A stretch of DNA of 64,000 nucleotides from NCBI GenBank assembly GCA_963770895.1, contig CAVYRF010000002.1:5248001-5312000 (forward strand). The letters are read 5' to 3'. How positions within the stretch are numbered: position 1 is the stretch's first letter; each line of letters starts with the position of its first letter. The translations under genes were made by a program, and so were the position numbers. This document shows, piece by piece, positions 8,597-17,287 of this stretch. This DNA is from an uncultured Acidobacteriota bacterium. GTDB taxonomy: Bacteria > Acidobacteriota > Thermoanaerobaculia > Multivoradales > UBA5704. A model generated the notes under the pieces. That model made no database searches, was not told where the DNA came from, and worked only from the letters and a program-made list of their open reading frames with translations.

Positions 8597-10001
8597 GAGG
8601 TATAACCAGATCTTGTGTTTGAGGTAGGCGAGAAGGCGGCGTACCCTGGGTGTGTTCGAGGCACCCATTCCGCCCCGAGGGGCAGGAGGTACGCCACCAT
8701 GGACGATGGTAACGGAAAGTTGGTCCAGTTCCCAGGCGAGCCGCGCGAATCGGTCTCCGATGTATTGGGGGAGGTTCTGCGGCAGGGCGCGCGGAAGATG
8801 CTCGCCGAGGCGATCGAGGCAGAGGTCGCCGAGTACCTGAAGAGCCATGAGGGGCTGCGCGACGACGCCGGTCACCGAGTGGTGGTGCGCAACGGCCACT
8901 TGCCGGAACGGAAGCTCCAGACGCCGGTGGGCGACATCGCGGTGCAGCAGCCTCGCGTGCGAGACCGCCGCCTGCCTGCCGATCGCGAAGCATTCCAGTC
9001 GTCGATCCTGCCGAAATACCTGCGTCGCACCCGGTCGCTTGAAGAGTTGTTGCCGTGGTTGTACCTCAAAGGCGTGAGCAGCGGCGACTTCAGCGAAGCC
9101 CTGGCGGCGCTGCTTGGCCCGCAGGCGCCGGGGCTCTCGGCCACGACGATTGGCCGCCTGAAAAGCGGCTGGGAGGACGAGTTCAAGGCCTGGGAGGCTC
9201 GCTCGCTGGCAGCCCAGCGCTACGTTTACCTTTGGGCCGACGGCGTGTACTTCAACGTGCGACTGGAAAGCCCTGGAAACAGTCGGCAATGCATCCTGGT
9301 GATCATGGGCGCCACGGCCGAGGGCAAGAAGGAGTTGCTAGGCGTGGCCGATGGGTACCGGGAGAGCGAGCAGTCCTGGCAAGAGCTGCTGCTGGCTTTG
9401 CGATCACGCGGCCTGGTGGTGGATCCGGAGCTGGCCGTAGGCGATGGTGCACTCGGCTTCTGGAAGGCGCTGCCGAAGGTCTACCCGAACACCCGGCCTC
9501 AGCGCTGTTGGGTGCACAAAACGGTCAATGTTCTCAACAAGATGCCCACGAGCAGTCAGGCCAAGGCCAAGTCGATGCTCCACGACATTTGGATGGCGGC
9601 CACTCGCGCCGAGGCCGACCAGGCTTTCGACCTCTTCATCGACATGTTCGGCGCCAAGTACAGCGCGGCGGTGACCTGCCTGCGCAACGACCGGACCGAG
9701 CTGCTGGCGTTCTACAACTTCCCAGCCGAGCATTGGATCCACCTGCGCACGACCAACCCCATCGAATCGACGTTTGCCACGGTCCGCCTGCGCACCGACA
9801 AGACGAAAGGCTGCGGCAGCCGCCTTGCCTGCTTGACGATGGTGTTCAAGCTCGCGATGTCGGCGCAGAAGCGCTGGCGAGCGCTCAACGGCGCTTCATC
9901 GCTACTTGCCGACGTGATCGCGGGGGTGAAATTTGAAAATGGGGTCAAGAAAATTGCCGCCTGATCGCCGGCCCCCCACACACAAGTCTTGACCATACCT
10001 C
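8597..10001 (+). mobile_element. IS256 family insertion sequence
   Basis: Imperfect IRs gaggtataaccagatcttgtgt / rc gaggtatggtcaagacttgtgt; 9-bp TSD AGGGCAGGA at 8588-8596 and 10002-10010. Confidence 0.95.
8699..9964 (+). CDS. IS256 (mutator-type) transposase
   Basis: YVYLWADGVYF, AVGDGALGFW, QRCWVHK, LRTTNPIESTF. Confidence 0.95.
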   Translation: MDDGNGKLVQFPGEPRESVSDVLGEVLRQGARKMLAEAIEAEVAEYLKSHEGLRDDAGHRVVVRNGHLPERKLQTPVGDIAVQQPRVRDRRLPADREAFQSSILPKYLRRTRSLEELLPWLYLKGVSSGDFSEALAALLGPQAPGLSATTIGRLKSGWEDEFKAWEARSLAAQRYVYLWADGVYFNVRLESPGNSRQCILVIMGATAEGKKELLGVADGYRESEQSWQELLLALRSRGLVVDPELAVGDGALGFWKALPKVYPNTRPQRCWVHKTVNVLNKMPTSSQAKAKSMLHDIWMAATRAEADQAFDLFIDMFGAKYSAAVTCLRNDRTELLAFYNFPAEHWIHLRTTNPIESTFATVRLRTDKTKGCGSRLACLTMVFKLAMSAQKRWRALNGASSLLADVIAGVKFENGVKKIAA

Positions 10002-10677
10002 AGGGCAGGAGGTGCGCTTCCTCTGCCCGGAGCACGAAGACCATCGCCCTTCGGCAATGTGGAACCCCGAAAAAGCTGTCTGGTGCTGCCCTGCATGCGG
10101 CGCGAAGGGCGGCGCTCACGACCTCGCCGCGCGGCTTGGCGTCGAGCTCTCTGCCGCGCAGCGGATGCACGCGCCGAACGCGACCACGGTGTATCCCATC
10201 CGCGACTCAGCCGGGCGCCTGGTCGCGGAGCACATCCGCATCGAACGGCCGGGAGGCGAGAAGACCTTCACCTGGCGGCGCGATGGCCGCTCGGGACTGC
10301 AGGGGCTGCGGGTCGCCGAGCTGCCGCTGTACGGCACTGACCGCGTTGGATCGTTCGCCCGTTCCCGACCGGTATTTCTCTGCGAGGGTGAGAAGGCGAC
10401 GGACTGCCTGGTCCGCATCGGCGCCCAGGCGGTTGGTACGGCGACAGGTGCGGGGGCAGTGCCCGCCCCTTCATCCTTGGGCGTGCTCCAAGGAATTGAC
10501 GTGCGGCGAAGTGACCTCGACCCGAGCCATATGGTTACACCAGGAAGGGGGGCGCCAGCCACACGGGACATGCCTCTCCCTCAGCGGCGGCTTGGAGCGA
10601 TGCCATCGAGGAATTGCCATGCATTAATTTGACGCCGAACGCCTGCGCTCCTATTCTGCTCTAGGTTCATTCTATGA

Positions 10678-12381
10678 ATGCCAGGGGATTTCATCGAAAG
10701 TGAGGTGCGCATGTCGGAGGCGGAACTCATTCTCGGGTGGCAAGTCACACCTAACCTAGATCCCAGATATTGGTTTTCGCCGGATGCAATGTGCGGGAAG
10801 CAAGCAGATGCGGATCTTTTCAAGGTTCCCGCAGGCGAAATGGCTGCGCACACAGCGATTATCGCTCAATCGGGATCGGGCAAGTCATTCTTCTTGGGTC
10901 GTATAGTGGAAGAGATTGCCCTCCGCACGCGAGCTCGGTGCCTGATCCTCGATCCCAATGCTGACTTTAGGCGCCTTCACGAGGTGGAAGGTGCCGAGTT
11001 GTGGAGTACTGGCCGCTATACCTCGGCGTCGCGATCCGGCAAGTTGTGCCATGAACCATCGCGCGCCGAATTTGCGAATGCCTGGTCTGAGATCAAGGTT
11101 GAGGTGCTCAGCGCGACTCGATCAAGGGAGGGCGTCGCAACCAAGCCTCTGCGCTTCAGCTGGCCATCCGTTTCCGCCGAATTCCTTGCTGAGGACTTGG
11201 GTCCTGCCCAACGGAGTGAGCTGGAGAATCTGCATGCTTTCGTCAAGATCATATACGACGCCCTGTCTCTCGGCTCGACTGATCACAGAAAAACAGATGA
11301 TTATCTCCGCAAGGCCGAGATGCTGCTGAATCTCGCCATAGCCAATCCAGCGGATTTCGAGACAGCCGTCAAAGACCTAAGTAGGGCCGAATTTCATGAT
11401 GCCTCATCTTTGCAATCTTCTGTCCTATTGCGCTTGGGGCTGTTTCGAACCTCCTCCCTGATGACAAGGCGCCGGTCGATCGATCATTTGGTAAAGGGAG
11501 CATTGGCAGCCGCGCGATATGTAAGCGATGACACGCGGCGGTTTTATTTCGGCAAATTAAGCAGCATCCTGGCCGCGGGGATAATCCAGACCGGAATCAG
11601 CGATGAGGAAGGCGCAAGTGCGACCGAAGCTGATGCCAGGATATCGGTGATAGACTTGCCGTCCATCGCTCACTTATCTACGCGGTTATTGGCCGTAAAC
11701 GCTTGCATAAAGTCTCAATGGGATGCAGCCAGAGCTGCTTGGGATGAAGCATTGCAACACCTCCCCGTCGATGATGCGCGGGTGCCAACCTTCATCGTAG
11801 TTGACGAAGCCCATAACGTTATACCACGCGAGCAGCGCAATCGCGCCGAATACGCACTGCGGGAGCAGTTTCGCACCATAGTAGCAGAGGGCCGCAAATA
11901 TGGCCTGTTTTTGATCCTCGTTAGCCAGCGACCCGACAAGCTGGATCCTTTGATCGTGTCAGAGTGTGAAAACCGCGCAATCATGAAGCTCAGCTCGCGC
12001 AGCGCCTTGGATGTCACCAGGGAAATGCTTGCCCTGGAAGACATTCCGCCCAACGTCCTGGCCAAATGTTTGGAGCTGCCGGTCGGGCGGGTGCTAATGG
12101 TGGGAAGTTGGGCTAAAGACGGTCCTCAATTTCTTTACTCTGCCGCAAGGCGCACAGTAGAGGGTGGCCGCAATCTGCGACGTGAAAAGTGGGCTGTCGC
12201 CCCTGCGCGCCCTTCGCCAGCGACACAGCAACAACTAGCGGCAGCGCCGCAAGAGGTCGAGAGAAAAGCCGCGGAAAGTGGTGCTATTTCGGCCAAGAAG
12301 CCGCCATCGAAGCGGCAAGCGCAAAAAAAGAGGCCGATATCCGCGCGCACTCCCAAGCGCACGCTGTCTAAGTCGTCCTGA
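10678..12381 (+). CDS. HerA/DUF87-like (FtsK-HerA superfamily) ATPase
   Basis: HTAIIAQSGSGKS Walker A, ILDPNADF, FIVVDEAH Walker B, EGRKYGLFLILVSQRP; visibly lower GC than the flanks. The start may be 10711. Confidence 0.85.
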   Translation: MPGDFIESEVRMSEAELILGWQVTPNLDPRYWFSPDAMCGKQADADLFKVPAGEMAAHTAIIAQSGSGKSFFLGRIVEEIALRTRARCLILDPNADFRRLHEVEGAELWSTGRYTSASRSGKLCHEPSRAEFANAWSEIKVEVLSATRSREGVATKPLRFSWPSVSAEFLAEDLGPAQRSELENLHAFVKIIYDALSLGSTDHRKTDDYLRKAEMLLNLAIANPADFETAVKDLSRAEFHDASSLQSSVLLRLGLFRTSSLMTRRRSIDHLVKGALAAARYVSDDTRRFYFGKLSSILAAGIIQTGISDEEGASATEADARISVIDLPSIAHLSTRLLAVNACIKSQWDAARAAWDEALQHLPVDDARVPTFIVVDEAHNVIPREQRNRAEYALREQFRTIVAEGRKYGLFLILVSQRPDKLDPLIVSECENRAIMKLSSRSALDVTREMLALEDIPPNVLAKCLELPVGRVLMVGSWAKDGPQFLYSAARRTVEGGRNLRREKWAVAPARPSPATQQQLAAAPQEVERKAAESGAISAKKPPSKRQAQKKRPISARTPKRTLSKSS

Positions 12382-12525
12382 GTCGCTAAAACATCGATGT
12401 GACGAATGAAAGCGGTAGGGGGGTAGCGGACGATTCGCGGCAGGTGGCGGATCGTGACGTGCCCCCCTGAAACTGGCCAGGCGATAGAGTGAGTCCTCCG
12501 GCAAAGGCAGTGCCTGGAGGAAGCG

Positions 12526-12792
12526 ATGAGGAAGAGTCGATTCACGGAAGAGCAGATCATCCGGGTGTTGAAGGCGGCTGAAGCTGGGGAAAAAGCCACG
12601 GACCTGTGCCGGAAGCACGGCATCAGCGAGCAGACGTTCTACCGTTGGAAGGCCAAGTTTGGCGGTATGGACGTCAGCGAAGCGCGGCGCCTCAAGCAGC
12701 TGGAAGACGAGAACCGGCGCCTGAAGCATGCGGTGGCGGATCTGACCTTGGAGGCGCAGGCGCTGAAGGCGGCGCTGGCAAAAAAATGGTGA
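12526..12792 (+). CDS. IS3 transposase OrfA
   Basis: MRKSRFTEEQII..LK..EAG....DLCRKHGISEQTFYRWKAKFGG. Confidence 0.95.
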   Translation: MRKSRFTEEQIIRVLKAAEAGEKATDLCRKHGISEQTFYRWKAKFGGMDVSEARRLKQLEDENRRLKHAVADLTLEAQALKAALAKKW

Positions 12793-13565
12793 AGCCCGCG
12801 GCCCGGCGCGAGGCAGCCACGTTCTTCCGGGAGGAGTATGGAACCAGCCAGGTGCGTGCCTGCGCAATGGCGAGCCTTCATCGCTCCACGTACGCCTATC
12901 GTAGCCAGGTGACGACAGAAGCTCAGGTCTTGCGCCGGCGGCTGCGCGAGCTTGCCGCAGAGCGGCCGCGGTACGGGTACCGGCGCTTGCATGTGCTTCT
13001 GGTCCGAGAGGGCCATGAGGTGAATCACAAGCGCGTGCACCGGCTCTATCGCGAGGAAGGCTTGATGGTGCGTCGGCGACTGCGCAAGCGTGTTTGCCGA
13101 GAGCAGCGCCAGCCTCTGGCACGAGCGGAGCGGCTGAACCAGTTTTGGTCGATGGATTTCATCGGCGACACCTTGGCCAACGGCAGAACCTTCCGCAGCC
13201 TCAACATCGTCGACCAGTGCAGCCGGGAATGCCTTGCTTTGGAGGTCGACAGCTCGTTGCCGGGCCTTCGGGTGACGCGGGTACTGGACCGTCTGGCCGG
13301 CCAGCGTGGCCTGCCGCAGACCCTGGTCGTGGATAACGGCCCGGAGTTCGCTGGAAAGGCCCTCGACCTCTGGGCTCACCAGAACAAGGTGCATCTCCAC
13401 TTCATCCGGCCTGGGCGGCCGATCGAGAATGCCTTTGTGGAAAGCTTCAACGGCCGTTTTCGGGACGAGTGCCTCAACCAGCACTGGTTCACCAGCCTCG
13501 CCGATGCTCGGGCCAAGATCGAGGCCTGGCGCGACGACTACAACGCCCAACGTCCCCATAGCGCG

Positions 13566-14969
13566 CTAGCAGCCCGTGGTGCAAGCCGGATTCTGACGGT
13601 GGGCCAGATCGCGGGGGGCCAGGGTGAAGCAGGTGATGAGATCGATCCGAGACATCCAGGATTGAAGCGATCTGGCGCAGGAGTCGGGCCGTAGGGCTTC
13701 GAGGAGCCCAAAACCAAGAGAAAGCCAGCGGCGGAGGCGTCCCTGAAGGCCGCGCGGCGTGCCATGGCCGATTCGCTGGCGCATCACCAAGCCGAGGTTG
13801 AAGGCTGCCTCGTGAATCAAGAGGCGCTTGAGGATGTTGGCGTGACCGCGCAGAAAAAGGCGCCGCAGACCGCCGGTTTCGTAGCTATGGGCCATGCTGC
13901 GCTCCACCTTCTCGCAGCGCCAGCGGGACAGCCTCTTGCCGCGATCCCCTCGCATCCGACGATGGTTGGCGTAGGTAGCTTTTTGTTCGGCAATCCGACC
14001 CCGCCACTTCCGGCGCGGTCGCTTGGGTTCCGCGATGTAGCTGCGCAGGCCGAGCTCCTGCATCCCCACCAGCACAGCGCCGCTGTGATAGCCCCGATCG
14101 GCCACGACCTCCCGCAGCACTTGCGGGGACAAAGTGATCGAATCGGGGAGGGCCGCCAGATTCTCCAGCGTTTCGCTCAGGGTCTGCTCGTAGCTCTGCG
14201 TGTCCCCTCGATCCGCCGGCTGGAGGGTCACCGCGACGACCGCTCCGGTCTCCAGATCCACGGCGTGCTCTGCTTTGTGCGCCAGATGGGTCCGGCCATC
14301 TTTCATCTTGGTGATCTTGGCGTCAGGATCGTGCGGGTTCGTCCAATCGTCGTTCGACCCTTTCCCTTTTCGTTTCTTGTCTTTACGCGCCAGCTCCGCA
14401 CGTGTGGGCGTCGCTTGCCCGCTCTCTTGAGCCAGACGCTGGAGAAACTCCTTGTAGCCTTCCCCGGTGTCCCGCCGCACGATGCTCTTCATCGCCGCGT
14501 TGGCTTCCAAGGTCGTAGCGTCGACCCCGATTGTCTGCCCCCGCAGAAGGCCTTCCTGGCCCAAAATCCCCAGGACCCAGGCGAAGACCTCCTGATGCGT
14601 TTCCACGTCGATCAGACGCCGGTTGCGCGAAATCGTCGAATGATCCGGCGGGGCTTCCGACAGGCTCAAACCCAAGAAATCGCGCAGCGTCAGCGAATCC
14701 GACACCCGCCAGGCGATCCCCCGTTCCGAGTTGAGCCCTTCGAAATAGCCGATCAGAAGCAAGCGGAAGTAGGTGCCCGGCGGCAGCGACGGCCGGCCCA
14801 TCCGCTCCGCATAGAAGCCCTGGCACTGTGCCTCCACGAAGCCGTCGAACCCGTGCTGCTCAAGAACCCGGTTCAAGCGTTCGTAGAACGGATGGCCAGG
14901 ACCGCGGGCCAGGTCGCCCGTCGCGATCCACATGTCCCCTTGCCGGCCCTTCTTCTTGCCCATCGCCAT
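13566..14969 (-). CDS. IS1182-like DDE transposase (DUF772 + DDE)
   Basis: HPFYERLN, GRPSLPP..YFRLLLIGYFEG..SER, PDHSTISR, VDATTLEANA, ADRGYHS, VERSMAH. Confidence 0.9.
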   Translation of the reverse strand: MAMGKKKGRQGDMWIATGDLARGPGHPFYERLNRVLEQHGFDGFVEAQCQGFYAERMGRPSLPPGTYFRLLLIGYFEGLNSERGIAWRVSDSLTLRDFLGLSLSEAPPDHSTISRNRRLIDVETHQEVFAWVLGILGQEGLLRGQTIGVDATTLEANAAMKSIVRRDTGEGYKEFLQRLAQESGQATPTRAELARKDKKRKGKGSNDDWTNPHDPDAKITKMKDGRTHLAHKAEHAVDLETGAVVAVTLQPADRGDTQSYEQTLSETLENLAALPDSITLSPQVLREVVADRGYHSGAVLVGMQELGLRSYIAEPKRPRRKWRGRIAEQKATYANHRRMRGDRGKRLSRWRCEKVERSMAHSYETGGLRRLFLRGHANILKRLLIHEAAFNLGLVMRQRIGHGTPRGLQGRLRRWLSLGFGLLEALRPDSCARSLQSWMSRIDLITCFTLAPRDLAHRQNPACTTGC

Positions 14970-15045
14970 TCGGCAATCCTCCGCCAGTGTGACAAGTCTC
15001 TCAGGTGACACGACCCTCGACAACTACTACTTGCACCACGGGCTG
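13570..15045 (-). mobile_element. IS1182-like insertion sequence nested in IS3
   Basis: Perfect 16-bp IRs cagcccgtggtgcaag; CTAG duplicated at 13566-13569 and 15046-15049. Confidence 0.9.
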
Positions 15046-15195
15046 CTAGGTGATCGCACGCCCAGAGAGTTTGCCGTTTTGACCCAAGAGCTGCGAGAGC
15101 CTTCGTCTCTCGCAGCTCCCCCCGCCCCCTTGGCTGGGGCGTCTAACCCGCCGGCGACGACTCACCTTTCAGACTGACCGGTCATTGGGGGCAGG

Positions 15196-16320
15196 TCAAT
15201 GGCTATCGTCCTCGGACGCGAGTTTTCGACGCCCAACTTCAGCTCCTCTTCGGACCGAGGCAATAGTTGTCTCCACGTTACCCATAAAACGATCAAGCTC
15301 AGCACCAACTACCTTCGCTGTCCGAGTCAAGCCTCGTTCCAGCCCCTCCATTGACTTGAGACTCGTCCGCATCGCGCTGATGTTAGGTAGGGCGCCGCGC
15401 GCGGCCTGCTCTACTTGATCTAGAGTCGTCACGAAAGAAAGAAGGGCGTCGCGATCTTGAGCAGATTTTATCCTTCCGTGTGATATCATGAACTCGATGC
15501 TATCCTGAGTGGCCCGAGCAATTGCTTCGTAGTTGTCGTTTGTTGATGACAGCTCTTGACCGTACTGCACCAGCTCTCGACTGTACGCATTAGCGATGAA
15601 CCGAACGCTAGACAGTACTTGTTTTCCTTGGGTCGCCCTAGCAGTATCGATTCGCTTTGCATACTCGCTCGACTTTGTGCCTATTGAAAGCGTTGCAGCA
15701 GTGGATGAACCCAAAGCATTCACCAAGCGCTCGAAGCCCTCCGCAAGCCCTGCCGCATGGTCAAGCCAGCCGGCCTCTCCATCTCCGTCATCGTCGCCGT
15801 CTTCATCGGACGCGCTTTGGGGTTTTAGGGAGGGAGATCGAGGGCGGTTCTGTGGACGCTCGCCAGAGAAGTCGGAAACAGGACTCCCGAATTCCAGTGT
15901 ACCCCGGAACGCTTCCAAAGCTGTTTGCTGAAAGGATTCGCGCGCCCTTTGAATACGCGCAAAATGCGTGTCGTAAATTACGACCCTGTAAGATCGCAAA
16001 TCGAAGGGCAGTTCATCTATATTTTGGGTTAACAGTACGACAGGCGTTCCGAGGCCATGCGCTATACCTAGTTCATAGAAAACGTTGGCGTTGAGGCCTG
16101 TTAGGTCGGCTATAACTAGAGCGCTAGTCTTAATGCGCTGAACTATGTCTCTGAGTATATTGTTCTGGCCATATAGATCGTCGGCACGAGATACCGAGTA
16201 GCCTACCCCTTCGAGGACAGGTAATATAAACTCGCGATACACCTCGTCAAGCTCGGCGTCAAAGGGCATTATTACGAATGCCGCTGGCGCCTCGTTGTCA
16301 TTAGTCATAGTTGGCGTCAT
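15196..16320 (-). CDS. nucleoside 2-deoxyribosyltransferase/TIR-like N-terminal domain fused to a long helical C-terminus; candidate defence effector
   Basis: AFVIMPFD...RADD...I..IK.S.LVIADLTGLNANVFYELGIAHGLG.PVVLL...LPFDL; low GC; the stop codon is supplied by the IS3 end; start uncertain (16308-16368). Confidence 0.75.
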   Translation of the reverse strand: MTPTMTNDNEAPAAFVIMPFDAELDEVYREFILPVLEGVGYSVSRADDLYGQNNILRDIVQRIKTSALVIADLTGLNANVFYELGIAHGLGTPVVLLTQNIDELPFDLRSYRVVIYDTHFARIQRARESFQQTALEAFRGTLEFGSPVSDFSGERPQNRPRSPSLKPQSASDEDGDDDGDGEAGWLDHAAGLAEGFERLVNALGSSTAATLSIGTKSSEYAKRIDTARATQGKQVLSSVRFIANAYSRELVQYGQELSSTNDNYEAIARATQDSIEFMISHGRIKSAQDRDALLSFVTTLDQVEQAARGALPNISAMRTSLKSMEGLERGLTRTAKVVGAELDRFMGNVETTIASVRRGAEVGRRKLASEDDSH

Positions 16321-16563
16321 GAGCTGTTGCTCCGGCACTTCAGGGGCCGCGAGCATGCCTCCTCCCACTCCCTCAACAATCTAATTGTATATGGTAGGTA
16401 CAAACTGATGGAAATTACAATCTCATAACCCAATGGCTATGCAGCTATTTGCGTCGGTCAGCCAGCCCCGTCTTCGACCGCCGGGCCTGCCACCTTCACA
16501 GGCCCGGACGGTTTGACGGTTGAGGATTGGTGACGTTGACGCGGGGGGTGCGGTGGGCTGGTC

Positions 16564-16863
16564 CTACTCGTGCAGCGTGGTCGCCACAATTTCAAGCTGC
16601 CGCCGGAACGGACTCGGCTCCTTGGGCGCCTTGAACACCATGCGGAAGAACTCGGCGGGCGCCATGTCCACCGCTTCTACGATTGCCAGCACTTGCCACA
16701 GCCGCAGGTCGGTCCTGCCGGTTAGAGCGCGCTGCACGTCGCATGTGAAGCCCCGACCCTGAAGGCGGCGGGACATCTCCACCCGACTTACCCCTGCCAA
16801 TCCAACGAGACGACAAAGCGCCTGGCGCGACCGCTCGGCGTCCGGGTGGCGGCCAGTGGTCAT
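16564..16863 (-). CDS. XRE-like HTH protein
   Basis: GVSRVEMSRRL...VQRALTGRTDLRLWQVLAIVEAVDMAPAEFF; start overlaps the upstream gene's stop. Confidence 0.65.
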   Translation of the reverse strand: MTTGRHPDAERSRQALCRLVGLAGVSRVEMSRRLQGRGFTCDVQRALTGRTDLRLWQVLAIVEAVDMAPAEFFRMVFKAPKEPSPFRRQLEIVATTLHE

Positions 16864-17225
16864 GACAGCCTCCCTTCGATCGACTCCGCGATGGCGCCGA
16901 CCTTCCCGGCGAGCTTGCCGGCGAACCGGGCCAGATCGTCGTCCGGCGGCGGGAGCGATGAGGCGCTGTGCGCATCGCCGATCATGGCAAGGTAGCCTTC
17001 GAGATACCTGAGATCGGCAGCGGCGGCGCGCAGCTCGTCGCGGGTCGGAGACTCGGTGAAAGGCGCGCGTGTCGTCTCCAGAGCGTATAGGTACAGCATT
17101 CTGCTGAGACGGCGGATCGCCTTCCGGTCCTTCGCGTTGTCGATGCTGCGCATGGTGGTTTCCCGGATCGAGGCTGCCTCGGTCCAGGTGGGGGGCGGAG
17201 TGGTAGATTTGTGGCGGTTGCGCAT
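16860..17225 (-). CDS. small helical hypothetical protein (antisense-regulated module copy C)
   Basis: 121 aa; paralogous to 19336-19605 (RETT..R.A.R...R M.Y..A...E.RAA.A.LR..EG...LARFAGK). Confidence 0.75.
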   Translation of the reverse strand: MRNRHKSTTPPPTWTEAASIRETTMRSIDNAKDRKAIRRLSRMLYLYALETTRAPFTESPTRDELRAAAADLRYLEGYLAMIGDAHSASSLPPPDDDLARFAGKLAGKVGAIAESIEGRLS

Positions 17226-17287
17226 TGGGCTTGGTCCTTTGCGTGACTAGGCTCCGGTAGGAGTTAGCCGCTCTTGCCGGGGCCGCT
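17216..17287 (+). ncRNA. candidate antisense sRNA, copy C (3' tail cut by the group IIC intron)
   Basis: TGG-TAGATT extended -10-like element at 17201-17209; 14-bp stem 17250-17263/17271-17284 fully paired on the + strand with 3 G.U pairs. Confidence 0.5.

Larger units (their letters stand above)
8526..10500 (+). pseudogene. CHC2 Zn-finger/Toprim primase split by IS256 and truncated at ~10500
   Basis: Removing the IS and one TSD restores MRQELL...REGQEVRFLCPEHEDHRPS...WCCPACGAKG...VFLCEGEKATD; similarity stops after GIDV. Confidence 0.8.
12786..15177 (+). pseudogene. IS3 transposase OrfB split at PHSAL|GDRTP by the nested IS
   Basis: WSMDF, DNGPEF, ESFNGRFRDECLN; the frame resumes at 15046 as LGDRTPREFA. 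Confidence 0.9.
12455..15198 (+). mobile_element. IS3 family (IS407-like) element interrupted by a nested IS
   Basis: IRL tgacgtgccccc, IRR gggggcaggtca; orfA/orfB with an A7 slippery site at 12780-12786; flanks ATCG/ATGG (imperfect TSD). Confidence 0.9.
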
